A DNA stretch of 64,000 nt. Source: Steroidobacteraceae bacterium. GTDB lineage: Bacteria; Pseudomonadota; Gammaproteobacteria; Steroidobacterales; Steroidobacteraceae. The DNA is taken from assembly GCA_035624385.1 (NCBI GenBank), contig DASPRP010000002.1:7702-71701 (forward strand). The letters run 5' to 3'. Positions 1 through 10,219 of this stretch are shown piece after piece; position 1 is the first letter of the stretch; each line of letters starts with the position of its first letter. A model generated the notes under the pieces. The model was not told the origin of the DNA. It worked only from the letters and a program-made list of their open reading frames with translations, and did not search any database. A program made the position numbers and the translations under genes.

Positions 1-106
1 GCTGGATCGAGATCTTGCTTGGACGCAAGCGGATTCCGCGAACGTCCGGTCACGGGAAATTTAAGGGGCGGCATCGAAGGACCGCATCTGGCCGGTGCCC
101 GACGCT

Positions 107-469
107 TCAGAGACGCCGTGCTCTACTTGCGGTTTTCAAGCTCGACGAGGAAACGAACCGGGACGCGTCCCGGAGCAACTCCTTCAGATCGGCTCGGGTG
201 ATCTTCGCCAATCGGACGAGCACGATGGGATGGGCTGCATAGTGATCAGTGATGTAGTAGGTCTTGGGATGCTCCCTTAGCAGCTCCGCGCGCTGCTCGA
301 GATCGATGCGCACGGCGATGCTGTCCGCTTCAGCGGACTTGTTGACTGGGATGCAGGCAAGGAGCTTGCCCCCCAGCTTCACTGCAGGGGCTCCGTACGC
401 GGTGCCATCGACGACATCAGGCAGTGAAAGCGCCAGCGTCCTAACCGTGTTGAAGCTCAGCATTGCCAT
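107..469 (-). CDS. MmcQ/YjbR-like small protein (putative)
   Basis: Track ORF 107..514. The pattern YGAPAVKLGGKLLACIP...IAVRIDLEQRAELL...YYITDHY...VLVRL...DLKELLRDASRF resembles the MmcQ/YjbR fold family. Start trimmed to an internal Met (cat at 467-469). There is no clear RBS, so the start is uncertain (463, 469 or 514). Confidence 0.5.
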   Translation of the reverse strand: MAMLSFNTVRTLALSLPDVVDGTAYGAPAVKLGGKLLACIPVNKSAEADSIAVRIDLEQRAELLREHPKTYYITDHYAAHPIVLVRLAKITRADLKELLRDASRFVSSSSLKTASRARRL

Positions 470-658
470 GGTCAAGCGTCCGCGGGCCCGGTTGTCTCCT
501 GTGCAGGCGGCCATGATACGAGGCTGCCTCCCTGCCAGTGACTGCTTTCGGAGAGTCTAGGGCATTGCTGCGACCGGCTGCTCCTGGCCGATTTGCGCCG
601 GCATGCCAACGACCCAAAGCGGATGTCGCTCTGAACCGCATCTGGCACGAGGGGCTGG

Positions 659-1129
659 TCACTTCCTTAGCTTCGCAACGATTTTGATTTCCGTCAGGCC
701 GTTGTTGGGGATGAGACGCGAGACCTGGATAGCAGTCCAAGCGGGAAAAGGCGGCTTCACGTACTTGCTCTTGACCGCGACCATCGCGGGCATCTGCGTG
801 GTCAGGTCGGTGTGGAAGCTGGTGATGTCGACCACATCGTCCCAAGTGGCTCCTGCGCGCTTCAGGGTCGCGCCGATGCGCTCGAACGCCCGCTCGTATC
901 CCAGCTTGAGGTCACTCTCACCCTCGCGGATACCGGCAACTACTCCGGACACGTAGATCGTGTCACCGACCACAATGGCATCAGCGAACCCCCATTCCTC
1001 CTCGAGCGTCGCCATGCTCGGGTCTTCATTCATGAGGACCTTCGCCTCTTGTCGGGCTCCGGCAAGTGCGGGGCCGGTGGCGACAGCGAGCAATAGCAGA
1101 GCCACGGTGTTCGCGCGCAAAGTCGTCAT
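659..1129 (-). CDS. RidA/YjgF-family protein with N-terminal signal peptide
   Basis: Track ORF 659..1324, trimmed to MTTLRANTVALLLLAVATGPALAGA (cat at 1127-1129, GGAGAGG RBS upstream). The core AIVVGDTIYVSGVVAG...FERIGATLKRAGATWDDVVDITSFHTD...AWTAIQVSRL is typical of the RidA/L-PSP family. Confidence 0.75.
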   Translation of the reverse strand: MTTLRANTVALLLLAVATGPALAGARQEAKVLMNEDPSMATLEEEWGFADAIVVGDTIYVSGVVAGIREGESDLKLGYERAFERIGATLKRAGATWDDVVDITSFHTDLTTQMPAMVAVKSKYVKPPFPAWTAIQVSRLIPNNGLTEIKIVAKLRK

Positions 1130-1362
1130 GAGTCCTCTCCCCATGTGATGGGTCGCAATATCGGATGGTCTGCGATAGACCGATAGCACTGCAAGCGCTC
1201 GACCCCAAGGCAGCTTCGCCAGCCATGTGTCTGGCAGCCGCATCGAGTTGAGAGCGTCCCATTCAGGCCGCGGATCTGGTGTGCCCCTACGTGCAACCGG
1301 CAATTGCAACTGGGCTCGCATCAACAGTAGTCTGCTTGGCTGGACAACCAGCCGAGACTCCC

Positions 1363-2295
1363 ATGCGCCTTGCGATCGTCGGACAACAGGCCTTCGGTAG
1401 GAGCGTGCTCGAGGCGTTCCTGGCCCGCGGCACCACGGTGGCGGGGGTGTTTTGCGCCCCCGACAAGCCGGGTGCCAAACCCGATCCTCTGCGGTTAGCG
1501 GCGGAAGAGCACGGCTTGCCGGTTTTTCAGCTGCCTTCGCTGAGAGACGAACAGGCGTCGCAGATATTGATGAAGCTGAATGTCGATCTTGGCGTCATGG
1601 CCTATGTGCTGCAGTTTGCCCCACAGACCTTCGTCAATATTCCAAGGCACGGAACGATCCAATATCACCCTTCACTGCTGCCACGCTACCGTGGACCGAG
1701 CTCGGTAAATTGGCCAATCATCAAGGGCGATACGCAGACCGGGTTGACGATTTTCCGTCCCTCGGATGGACTCGACGAAGGACCGATCATTCTGCAGAAA
1801 ACCGTTCCGATCGGACCTGATGACACGCTCGGCAGCGTTTACTTCGATCGTCTGTTTCCCCTTGGGGTCGAGGCATTGCTCGAAGCCGCCGATCTCGTCG
1901 TTGCTGGACGGCATCGAGAGACTGCGCAGTGTGAGGAGCTGGCGACCTACGAGGGCTGGTGCCGCGATCCGGAATCTCGGATCAACTGGCAGGCACACGT
2001 CGACCAGATCTACGATCTGATTCGCGGCTGCAACCCCTCCCCGGGCGCCTGGAGCATGGTTCAGGGGCACAAGGTGAGAATCTACGATGTTATCCGCCAT
2101 CGGACCCGGACCCTGGGCGCGGTCGCAGGTAGACCGGGGGTGATCTGCGCGATCACGGACAGAGTTATCGAGGTTGCCGCACAGGGGGGACGGCTCGAGT
2201 TACGCGCGGTTCGGCTTGAAACGGGCACGAAGATCACCGCCGGCGCACTTGCAGCGTCATTGCCAATCGCTGTCGGAACAACGCTCGAATCCTGA
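1363..2295 (+). CDS. Formyltransferase family protein (Fmt/FDH N-terminal-like)
   Basis: Track ORF 1279..2295, trimmed to MRLAIVGQQAFG (ATG at 1363). The motif HPSLLPRYRGPSSVNWPIIKGDTQTGLTIF plus a C-terminal Fmt-like domain is closer to the 10-formyl-THF dehydrogenase N-domain signature than to housekeeping Fmt. It is not adjacent to def. Confidence 0.8.
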   Translation: MRLAIVGQQAFGRSVLEAFLARGTTVAGVFCAPDKPGAKPDPLRLAAEEHGLPVFQLPSLRDEQASQILMKLNVDLGVMAYVLQFAPQTFVNIPRHGTIQYHPSLLPRYRGPSSVNWPIIKGDTQTGLTIFRPSDGLDEGPIILQKTVPIGPDDTLGSVYFDRLFPLGVEALLEAADLVVAGRHRETAQCEELATYEGWCRDPESRINWQAHVDQIYDLIRGCNPSPGAWSMVQGHKVRIYDVIRHRTRTLGAVAGRPGVICAITDRVIEVAAQGGRLELRAVRLETGTKITAGALAASLPIAVGTTLES

Positions 2296-2298
2296 AGG

Positions 2299-2331
2299 GG
2301 GCGGCGTCGCATCTATCCGATGTTGCCGCCC
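2299..2331 (+). terminator. Possible hairpin after the formyltransferase gene
   Basis: GGGCGGC (2299-2305) pairs with GCCGCCC (2325-2331), with an imperfect inner stem, 4 nt after the stop. It is followed by CATTCTC, which is only a weak T-tract. Confidence 0.25.
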
Positions 2332-2487
2332 ATTCTCAGCGGATCAAACTGAATGGCTCAGGGAGTCTTCCCCCTTGATGGTTGTTGTTGCGTGAGGAGG
2401 CTCGTGCTTACTTTCGCAACGACAGCGTAGCCGGCTGGCGTGCGGCTCGGTGGTCCCGCTCGCCGAGCGATGAGCCGGGTCGCCTGC

Positions 2488-3849
2488 TCAGGGTCGCGGG
2501 GGCGCGGGCGACTGCTTGAAGACCACTCCGTCCTTCATCACGAAGCTGACACTCTGCAGCGCTGCGACGTCCTGCAGCGGATCCCTCTCGACCGCGATCA
2601 GGTCGGCGTAGGCTCCCGGCGCGACCCGTCCGAGCTCGGCGCTCATGTCGAGCAGCTCGGCGGCCCGTGAGGTTGCCGACTGAATCGCCTGCATGGGCGT
2701 CATTCCGAACTCGACCTCTCTGCCAAACTCCTGCGCGATGGGATCCGACCATTCGAAGCCGCCGACGTCGGTGCCGAAGGCGATCTTGACACCGGCGCGC
2801 AGCGCCTTCTGAAACGAGACTCCGTGAACCGCGACCCGCTTGCGGTCGCGTTTGCCGCTCGGCGTATCGGCGGGATCGGGATGGTAGTAGTAGACGGCCA
2901 GTGTCGGCACCAGCCAGGTCCCTTGTCTCACCATCTGCGCGATTTGTGCGTCGGTGATCTCGAGGCCGTGCTCGATGGAGTCACAGCCTCCATCGAGCGC
3001 GCGCTGCAGTCCGATCCCGTTGTAGGCGTGGCAGGCAACCTTTCTGTGCCAGCCGTGCGCCTCGTCGACGATGGCCTTGAGCTCCTCCACGGTGAGGGTC
3101 GGCTGCGACACCAGCGCGCCCTGCGCATCGACCCAGGAACGGTGCGTCATGTACACCTTGATCCAGTCTGCGCCGTGGTCGAGTTGCTGGCGTGCAGCCT
3201 TGCGCGCCTCGACCGGGCCGTCGATCAGCTGCGCGCCCTTCGGGACCTCGATCTCCGGTGCGTAGCCTTCGAGGTTGTACCCGCCGGTGCTGGAGATGGC
3301 GCGCGTCACCACGAGCATGCGCGGCCCGGGAATATATCCCTCGTTGATCGCCTGTTTGATGCCGACGTCACCATAGCCCGCTCCCTCGGTCTCGACGTCG
3401 CGAATGGTCGTGAACCCCTGCTCGAGCGCGCGCCGCACCGCGACCACCGCGCGCGCTGCCCGGTAAGACGCCGGGAACTTGAGCAGCTGTACGTCGTAGC
3501 CGCCCGCCTCGGGCGCCTCTCCCTGCAGAAAGATATGCGTATGGCAGTCGATGAGACCCGGAAGGAGAGTCGCATCGCCCAGATCGATGATTTGCGCTCC
3601 CGCGGGTGTGGGACGCGTTCCGGCCGTGTAGACCTCGGCGATGCGATTGCCCCGGATGACGATCTCGGGATAGGGACGCGACTGCGCGCTCGTGCCGTCG
3701 ATGAGCGCTTGTGCCCGGATGACCGTAACGGGGACCACCGGCTCGGCGGCGGCCGCTTCCGAGGTCTGGGCGACACACGGCCCCGAGAGACAGGCGGCCA
3801 TGGCGCTGAGGCCGAGGGTCAGAAGCGTCGGGTGCACGCAGCTTCGCAT
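2488..3849 (-). CDS. Periplasmic metal-dependent amidohydrolase family protein
   Basis: 453 aa ORF with a signal peptide (MRSCVHPTLLTLGLSAMAACLSGPCVAQT). It has the PGLIDCHTH metal-binding motif, later HAYN and IEHG, and AFGTD near the C-terminus, as in the amidohydrolase superfamily. Confidence 0.85.
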   Translation of the reverse strand: MRSCVHPTLLTLGLSAMAACLSGPCVAQTSEAAAAEPVVPVTVIRAQALIDGTSAQSRPYPEIVIRGNRIAEVYTAGTRPTPAGAQIIDLGDATLLPGLIDCHTHIFLQGEAPEAGGYDVQLLKFPASYRAARAVVAVRRALEQGFTTIRDVETEGAGYGDVGIKQAINEGYIPGPRMLVVTRAISSTGGYNLEGYAPEIEVPKGAQLIDGPVEARKAARQQLDHGADWIKVYMTHRSWVDAQGALVSQPTLTVEELKAIVDEAHGWHRKVACHAYNGIGLQRALDGGCDSIEHGLEITDAQIAQMVRQGTWLVPTLAVYYYHPDPADTPSGKRDRKRVAVHGVSFQKALRAGVKIAFGTDVGGFEWSDPIAQEFGREVEFGMTPMQAIQSATSRAAELLDMSAELGRVAPGAYADLIAVERDPLQDVAALQSVSFVMKDGVVFKQSPAPPRP

Positions 3850-3864
3850 GGGTGGGGCAGGATC

Positions 3865-6800
3865 TTACGCCAGGTCCGCGAGCACCGCCGGCACATGGCG
3901 GCGCAGGAGCTTGTTGCGGGCCTCCCATTGCTCGGCCGCGGACAGCTCGGTGAGGAATTGCACCTCGCTCCCGGCGAGGAGCGCCACCGGCACGCCGTCG
4001 CGATACAACACGCGATTGCCGGCGAGCGCCGGCAGCCGGGCGCCCGGCGTGACGATGCCGACGAGGTTCAGCGGATCGGAGCCCGAGAGCGACAGGTAGT
4101 GCCCCTCGCGGGGCTTGCGGCGCGCCTCGCGCAGCATCCCGATCGCCTCCGGTGCCGCGTACTGCTCACCGGTGACCGAGGCGACGAAACGTCCGCCGCG
4201 GATCTCCCCGCGCGCCTCGAGCCGTCGGCAGCACATGAGAATGTCACGCCACGGCGGCAGCCAGTCGGCCTCGCGTGCCAGCAGCCGCCAGAACACGACA
4301 CCCCAGCGCTTCAGGAGCGTGCGCACCACGTGCTCGATGAGCTCCTCCCCGCGCGAGCGGTCCATGGCGGGCGTGATCGCCGCGCTCTCGCGCGCGCTGC
4401 GCGCCCAGCGTCCCGCTGCGTCCATGCCGAAGAGCGCGACGCGCCGGCGGCGGCGGCCGCCGACCGCCGGCCGGCGACGCTCCGACGGCACCAGCAGTGC
4501 CCGCAGCCCCGCAAAGCTGTCGGAGTTGACGAGCCCGAGCGCGACCAGCTCCGCGAGCGCTTCCTCGGCCTGCGAAGGCAGCAGCCCCGTGCCGCCCGCG
4601 AGCTCATCGAAGAACGAGGCGCCCTGGCTCGCGAGATACTCCGCTACGGGCCCGGCGCTCGCGCTCAGCTGCGCTGGCGGCGCCCCGCCGGCGAGCGCCG
4701 ACCAGAGTCTCAGGTTCCGCCGCGCGAGCAGCACGATCGGCGTGGCACGCACGGGAGCCGCACGGCGCTCGGGGTCCGAGCGGCGCGAGCCGAGGCGCAT
4801 CCACACGAAGCGCCCGGCGAGGCACTGCTCATCGAGCCACGCCGGCTCGTATTCGCTGATGCGCTCGGGGAGGATCTCGGTCTCCCAGGCGCTGGCGGCG
4901 GCCTCGAAGCCCTCGAGCTGCGCGAGCACCGCACCGACCGCGTCCGGTCCCTCCATGCGCCCCTCGGGCGTGACGCGCTGCCACTCGAAGAGAAAGCGCA
5001 GGAAGTCGCGCGCTTCGATCGGCTCGATCTCGGCGCGCAGCCGCTTGACGGTGTAGCGGTGGATGCGGGCGAGGAGCCGCCGCTCGCACCACTCCACGGT
5101 GCCCGCCGCCACCTCCGGGGTGAACCGGCCGCGCATCGCGAAACCTTCGGCCTCGAGCGCGGCGAGCGCGGCCTCGATGCGCGCGAGATCGAGGCCGGTG
5201 AGCGTGGCGAGCGTTGGCGCGGTCACGGGGCCGGAGCCCGTGAGCCGCCCGCGCAGCACCTCGACGAGCGCGGCTTCGGGGGTGAGCTCGCGCGCATGCG
5301 CGGCCGGCGTGATCACCGGCGGCTCGAGTTGGGCTGCGGGATAGAGCGCGGTGAAGAGCGGCAGCTGCTCGGCCGTCACCCAGAGCGCGGCGCCCGCGCG
5401 CGCCGCGAGCCGCGTCACCCGCCGCTCGGCGGCGAGCTGGGTGAGCAGCTCCGGCCAGAGCGCCTGGCGCTCGACCTCGGCCGCGGTGAGGAAGGTCAGC
5501 CACACGAGCGCATCGTGCAGCTCGTCGGCGTTGGTGGCGTCGGGCCAGGCCTCGGAGCGCACCCGGGCGATCGCCTCCGGGTCGAGCCGACCCAAGTCGG
5601 CGGCGCTCTGCGGATCGAGCCAGCGCCGGCTCATCACGGCCTGCGTGCGCCGCTCCTCGAGCGGTGCGTCGTCGAGGAAGGCGTAGGGCCTCGCCGACAG
5701 CACCTCGAGCGCGAGCGGCGAGGGCTCGGTCAGGTCGCGGGCCAGCGTGCGGATGCTGCCCGCCTCGAGCCCGCGCAGCAGCCGCTCGAGCCCCTCGATG
5801 TCCATCGCCTCCTCGAGGCAGTCCCGGATCGCCTGGCGCACCAGCGGATGGTCGGGGATCTCGAGCTCGCCGGTGAGGTTCTCGGCGCAGGCCACCTGGT
5901 CGGGAAACACCGCGGCGAGGAGATCCTCGGCCGCCATGCGCTGCAGCGGCGCCGGCACCTTCTTGCCGCCGCGAAAGCGCGGCAGGGCGAGGGCGATGGT
6001 GGCGCTCCAGCGCCAGCGCACCGGAAACATGGGTGCGGCGCACAGCGCCTGCACCAGCAGCGGCCGCACGGTGTTGGAATGCAGATAGCGCGCCACGTCC
6101 GCAAGCTCGAAGCTGTGGGCGGTGGTGAGCGACAGGACGATCGTGTCCTCGGTCGCCGCCGCCTGCAGCTCGAAGTTGAAGGAGCGGCAGAAGCGCTTGC
6201 GCAGGCTCAAGCCCCAGGCGCGGTTGATGCGGCTGCCGAAAGGCGAGTGGATCACGAGCTGCATGCCGCCGGCTTCGTCGAAGAAGCGCTCGAAGACCAC
6301 CAGCTGCTGCGTCGGCAGCGCGCCCAGCGCGCCGCGCGCGGCCGCGAGGTAGCTCACCAGCTGCACCGCCGCGCCCGCTCCGATGCCGGTCTCCGCGCAC
6401 AGCCAGGCCGTGGCGGCGTCGGCGCCCTGATCGAGCCGCGCCTCGAGCTCGCGCCGCAGCCGTGAGACGCTCGCCGAGAGCTCAGCGGTGCGTCCCGGGG
6501 CCTCGCCGATCCAGAAGGGGATGCTGGGCGGCTCGCCGCGCGCGTCCTCGACGCGGATCCGGCCCGGCTCGACCCGCAGGATGCGGTAGGACACGTTGCC
6601 GAGCTGAAAAACATCGCCCTGCAGGCTCTCGATCGCGAAGTCCTCGTTCACCGTGCCGACGAACTGCGCCTGCGGCTCGAGCAACACCTGGTAGTCGGCG
6701 GTGTCGGGGATGGTGCCGCCGGAGGTGAGGGCGGTGAGCCGCGCGTTGCGCCGGCCCTTGATGCGGTGGTTGACCCCGTCGTGATGGATGAGCGCCCCGT

Positions 6801-8205
6801 GGCGGCCGCGGCGCGTGCTGTAGCCCTCGGCGAGCATGCGTACCAGCTCGTCGAGCTCGGAGCGCCGGAGATCGCGGTAGGGGTAGGCGCGCGTGAAGCG
6901 CGCGAACAGCTCCTCCTCCTGCCACTCACGCGCCGCCACCTCGGCCACGATCTGCTGCGCGAGCACGTCGAGAGGCTTGTCCGGCACTGCGAGCTGGTCG
7001 AGCTCGCCGCGGCGCACCGCGGCGAGGAGCGCCGTGCATTCGACCAGGTCGTCGCGCGACAGCGGGAAGAGGCGCGCCTTCGGCGTCCCGCCCACGGAGT
7101 GGCCGGAGCGGCCGGCGCGCTGCAGGAAGGCGGCGATCGAGCGCGGCGAGGCGAGCTGGCATACGAGGTCCACTTCGCCGATGTCGATGCCGAGCTCGAG
7201 CGATGCCGTCGCGACCAGCGCGCGCAGCTCGCCGCGCTTCAAGCGCGCCTCGGCATCGAGCCGCGACTCCTTCGCGAGGCTGCCGTGGTGCGCGGCGACG
7301 TGCGCCTCGCCGAGCCGCTCCGACAGGTGGCGTGCGATGCGCTCGGACTGGCGGCGGGTGTTGACGAACACCAGCGTGGTGCGGTGCGCGCTCGCGAGCT
7401 CCGCGAGGCGGTCGTAGATCTCCTTCCAGACGTCGCCCGACATGACGGACTCGAGCGGAGCGGAGGGGATCTCGAGCTGCAGGTCGCGCTCGCGGACGTG
7501 GCCGGTGTCGATGACGGTGCAGTCGGCGCTGCCGTCGGGATTGAGCCCGCCGGCGCCGACCAGGAAGCGTGCGACCTCCGCGATCGGCTTGACTGTCGCC
7601 GAGAGCCCGACGCGGGTCAGGCGGCGGTCCGCGAGCGCCTCGAGCCGCTCGAGCGTGAGGGCCAGGTGCGCGCCGCGCTTACTCCCCGCCATCGCGTGAA
7701 TCTCATCCACGATGACGGTGCGCGTGCTCGCGAGCATCCGCCGGCCGGACTCCGAGCCCATGAGAATGTAGAGCGACTCGGGTGTGGTCACCACGATGTG
7801 CGGCGGGCGTTTGCGCATCGCCGTGCGCTCGTGCTGCGGGGTGTCGCCGGTGCGCACGAAGGTGCGGATGCCGTGCTCGGGGAGCCCGAGCAGGCGCAGC
7901 TCCGCGGCGATGCCGGCGAGCGGCGCCTCGAGATTGCGGTGGATGTCGTTGGAGAGCGCCTTGAGCGGCGAGACGTACACCACGGAGGTCTCGTCGCTCA
8001 GGCCATTGGCCGCCACGGCGGCGCGCACCAGCTGGTCGATGACCGCGAGAAATGCGGCGAGCGTCTTGCCCGAGCCGGTCGGGGCCGCGACCAGCACGTG
8101 GCGCCCGGCTGCGATCACTGGCCACGCCGCGGCTTGTGCGGGAGTTGCGGCATCGAAGGTGCGGGCGAACCAGCCGGCGACGGCAGGATGGAACTCGGCG
8201 GGCAT
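3865..8205 (-). CDS. lhr: ATP-dependent DEAD/DEAH-box helicase Lhr (large helicase-related)
   Basis: Track ORF 3865..8535, trimmed to [17 protein letters not shown] (cat at 8203-8205). Has Walker [10 protein letters not shown], motif [11 protein letters not shown] and [11 protein letters not shown], followed by a roughly 900 aa Lhr-type C-terminal extension. Confidence 0.9.
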   Translation of the reverse strand: MPAEFHPAVAGWFARTFDAATPAQAAAWPVIAAGRHVLVAAPTGSGKTLAAFLAVIDQLVRAAVAANGLSDETSVVYVSPLKALSNDIHRNLEAPLAGIAAELRLLGLPEHGIRTFVRTGDTPQHERTAMRKRPPHIVVTTPESLYILMGSESGRRMLASTRTVIVDEIHAMAGSKRGAHLALTLERLEALADRRLTRVGLSATVKPIAEVARFLVGAGGLNPDGSADCTVIDTGHVRERDLQLEIPSAPLESVMSGDVWKEIYDRLAELASAHRTTLVFVNTRRQSERIARHLSERLGEAHVAAHHGSLAKESRLDAEARLKRGELRALVATASLELGIDIGEVDLVCQLASPRSIAAFLQRAGRSGHSVGGTPKARLFPLSRDDLVECTALLAAVRRGELDQLAVPDKPLDVLAQQIVAEVAAREWQEEELFARFTRAYPYRDLRRSELDELVRMLAEGYSTRRGRHGALIHHDGVNHRIKGRRNARLTALTSGGTIPDTADYQVLLEPQAQFVGTVNEDFAIESLQGDVFQLGNVSYRILRVEPGRIRVEDARGEPPSIPFWIGEAPGRTAELSASVSRLRRELEARLDQGADAATAWLCAETGIGAGAAVQLVSYLAAARGALGALPTQQLVVFERFFDEAGGMQLVIHSPFGSRINRAWGLSLRKRFCRSFNFELQAAATEDTIVLSLTTAHSFELADVARYLHSNTVRPLLVQALCAAPMFPVRWRWSATIALALPRFRGGKKVPAPLQRMAAEDLLAAVFPDQVACAENLTGELEIPDHPLVRQAIRDCLEEAMDIEGLERLLRGLEAGSIRTLARDLTEPSPLALEVLSARPYAFLDDAPLEERRTQAVMSRRWLDPQSAADLGRLDPEAIARVRSEAWPDATNADELHDALVWLTFLTAAEVERQALWPELLTQLAAERRVTRLAARAGAALWVTAEQLPLFTALYPAAQLEPPVITPAAHARELTPEAALVEVLRGRLTGSGPVTAPTLATLTGLDLARIEAALAALEAEGFAMRGRFTPEVAAGTVEWCERRLLARIHRYTVKRLRAEIEPIEARDFLRFLFEWQRVTPEGRMEGPDAVGAVLAQLEGFEAAASAWETEILPERISEYEPAWLDEQCLAGRFVWMRLGSRRSDPERRAAPVRATPIVLLARRNLRLWSALAGGAPPAQLSASAGPVAEYLASQGASFFDELAGGTGLLPSQAEEALAELVALGLVNSDSFAGLRALLVPSERRRPAVGGRRRRRVALFGMDAAGRWARSARESAAITPAMDRSRGEELIEHVVRTLLKRWGVVFWRLLAREADWLPPWRDILMCCRRLEARGEIRGGRFVASVTGEQYAAPEAIGMLREARRKPREGHYLSLSGSDPLNLVGIVTPGARLPALAGNRVLYRDGVPVALLAGSEVQFLTELSAAEQWEARNKLLRRHVPAVLADLA

Positions 8206-8368
8206 GTGGGCATTGAAGCACACCCGCACCGCGCGAGCAGCTCGGGCGCACCGATTTAATTCAACGTACAGTCGATCGTGTGGGCCGCGCCTGTATGCGA
8301 AAGCGCCGCCCCGGCTCAAAGGGGAGTAGAGTCGGCGTCTGGTTGGTTGCTTGCGAGGACGTCTCACG

Positions 8369-9181
8369 ATGTGGGAAGACGAGACTCCGGACTCGTTCCG
8401 GCGCAAACTCCTCTGGTGGCTCGGCGGCCTGGTGATCGCCGCGGCCATCGGCTTCGCCCTCTGGTACAAGTTCCTGTTCCACCCGGCGGGGCCGGCACCG
8501 GCGGCGGCGGCCGCGCCGGCGGCGCCCGCGCCCACCGCGGCTCAGCCGGCGGTGTCGCACCCGATGCCTGCGTCGGGCGCGGGGTCCGAGGCGCTGCCGG
8601 CGCTCAACGACAGCGACTCGCTGGTGCAGGACTCGCTCACGGGCGTGTTGGGACGTCCGACCATCGAGACCTTGCTCGTGCCGCAGAACATCGTGCGGCA
8701 CATCGTCGTCACGGTCGACAACCTGCCGCGCCACAAGCTGGCCGTGGAGCTGCGCCCCGTGAAGCCGACCGCCGGACAGTCGGTGGTCTCCACCCAGGGC
8801 GACCTGGTGGTGCTCAGTGAGGCCAACTTCGATCGCTACACGACCTTCGTGCGTGCCGTGCAGGCGGCCGACGTCAAGGGTCTCGCGGCCATGTACCAGC
8901 GGCTCTATCCGCTGTTCCAGCAGGCCTATGAGGATCTCGGCTACCCGGGCAAGTACTTCAACGACCGCGTGGTCGAGGTGATCGATCACCTGCTCGAAAC
9001 GCCCGAGGTCGCCCCGCCGATCCCCCTCGAGCAGCCGCGCGTCTTCTATACGTACGCGGACACTGCGCTCGAGTCGCGCTCCGCCGGACAGAAGCTGCTG
9101 ATCCGCATGGGCCCGGCGAACGCGCGCATCATCAAGACGAAGCTGCGCGAGTTGCGCGCCGAGATCGTGGCCAAGAAGTAG
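8369..9181 (+). CDS. DUF3014 domain membrane-anchored protein
   Basis: Track ORF 8351..9181, with ATG at 8369 (MWEDETPD). Has an N-terminal TM segment ([20 protein letters not shown]), a P/A-rich linker, then the conserved LNDSD...VDNLPR...[34 protein letters not shown]...[10 protein letters not shown] pattern that I recall for DUF3014. Confidence 0.7.
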   Translation: MWEDETPDSFRRKLLWWLGGLVIAAAIGFALWYKFLFHPAGPAPAAAAAPAAPAPTAAQPAVSHPMPASGAGSEALPALNDSDSLVQDSLTGVLGRPTIETLLVPQNIVRHIVVTVDNLPRHKLAVELRPVKPTAGQSVVSTQGDLVVLSEANFDRYTTFVRAVQAADVKGLAAMYQRLYPLFQQAYEDLGYPGKYFNDRVVEVIDHLLETPEVAPPIPLEQPRVFYTYADTALESRSAGQKLLIRMGPANARIIKTKLRELRAEIVAKK

Positions 9182-9201
9182 CCGCCGGACAGCGTGCCCC
9201 C

Positions 9202-9816
9202 ATGAGCGACATACCCGACTCCGAGGAGGGCGGTCTCGAGAAGCCGCTCGGCGACCTGCGCTCGGTGCTGATCGCCGGGGAAGCGATCGAGGCGTGGGCG
9301 ATCCAGCGGCGGATGTTCGCCCTCACCCATCGCCGGGTGCTCGTCGCCGCGACCAGCGGGCGGCTGATCATCATCACCCGTCCGCTGCTCGGCGGCTTCG
9401 ACCTGGTCACCGTGCGCTGGCAGGACCTGGAGGAAGTCACGCTGCGGGTGGGCGTGCTCGGGGCGGATCTCGGGATTCGCGCCGGCAAGGCCACCGATCT
9501 GGCCTCGCTCAGCGCGCCGGGCGCGCAGCGCGTGGAGCTCAAGGGCCTGCGCAAGGACCAGGCGCAGGCGGTCTATCGCATCTGCCAGGCGCAGGATCAG
9601 GCCTGGCGCGAGAAGCGCCGGGTACGCGAGCTCGAGGAGCTGCGGGCGCGCTCGGGCGGTATCCAGGTTATGTCGGGAGGCACACTCCCGGGGACGGCCG
9701 CGGCGGGCGGGGATGATGCGGTGCGGCGCCTGCAGGAGGCGAAGCGGCTGCTCGATGCCAGGCTCATCACCGACGCCGAGTACGAGGCGATCAAGGCCAA
9801 GATCGTCTCCCCCTGA
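9202..9816 (+). CDS. Bacterial PH-domain (YokE-like) protein with C-terminal SHOCT motif
   Basis: 204 aa ORF. The N-terminal half resembles a bacterial PH domain (GEAIEAWAIQRR...RRVLVAATSGRLIIITRP...VTVRWQDLEEV). The C-terminus LLDARLITDAEYEAIKAKIV is a SHOCT short oligomerisation motif. Confidence 0.65.
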   Translation: MSDIPDSEEGGLEKPLGDLRSVLIAGEAIEAWAIQRRMFALTHRRVLVAATSGRLIIITRPLLGGFDLVTVRWQDLEEVTLRVGVLGADLGIRAGKATDLASLSAPGAQRVELKGLRKDQAQAVYRICQAQDQAWREKRRVRELEELRARSGGIQVMSGGTLPGTAAAGGDDAVRRLQEAKRLLDARLITDAEYEAIKAKIVSP

Positions 9817-9877
9817 GCGCTCTATACACAGCTAATCCACAAGCGATCCACAGGAGAGGTGCGTTAGTCTCCCCGCC

Positions 9878-10135
9878 ATGGTCGCGATCCGCCTGCGCCG
9901 GCAGAAGCCGGTCGAGAACGAAGTGCTCGGCACCTACAGCTTTCCGAGCCGGACGGTCCAGGTCCTGAAGACCCAGGACGATCACATCCTCTGGACCTGC
10001 GATTGCGACAAGTTCCGCCGCCAGGCGGGCCAGCGCGAGCCACTCTGGTGCAAGCACATCGCCAAGGCCGCGGCGCGCCGCTCGCTCGAGCGCCTCACCC
10101 GCCGCGTGGCGGTGGGCCGCGGCGGCGAGGCTTGA
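9878..10135 (+). CDS. Small SWIM-type zinc-finger protein
   Basis: 85 aa ORF containing WTCDCDKFRRQAGQREPLWCKHI, which fits the CxC-x14-CxH SWIM signature. Confidence 0.55.
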   Translation: MVAIRLRRQKPVENEVLGTYSFPSRTVQVLKTQDDHILWTCDCDKFRRQAGQREPLWCKHIAKAAARRSLERLTRRVAVGRGGEA

Positions 10136-10162
10136 GCCTCCATAAGTAAGAAACAGGTGCCT

Positions 10163-10191
10163 TTGCGGCGCCCCGGGTAATTCGGTATCTT
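10163..10191 (+). promoter_or_regulatory. Candidate sigma70-like promoter for pqqA
   Basis: TTGCGG (10163-10168), a 17 nt spacer, then TATCTT (10186-10191), ending 29 nt upstream of the pqqA ATG. Only a partial match to consensus. Confidence 0.3.
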
Positions 10192-10219
10192 GGTGCGCTA
10201 CAGCAACAGGAGCATCGGA

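Noticed and set aside
1-106. Possible start of a minus-strand gene (ATG complement at 72-74, MPPLKFPVTGRSRNPL..., open to the window edge)
   Set aside because: It is too short to evaluate. By my count only about half of its third codon positions are G/C, which does not look like coding sequence in this genome. No motif and no RBS.
2824-6465. 1213-aa + strand ORF, the longest-looking ORF in this part of the track
   Set aside because: It is entirely antisense to the amidohydrolase and lhr genes. The product is an Arg/Ala/Gly/Leu-rich low-complexity string with no motif. Stop-free antisense frames are expected at more than 70% GC. The opposite strand carries unmistakable helicase motifs.
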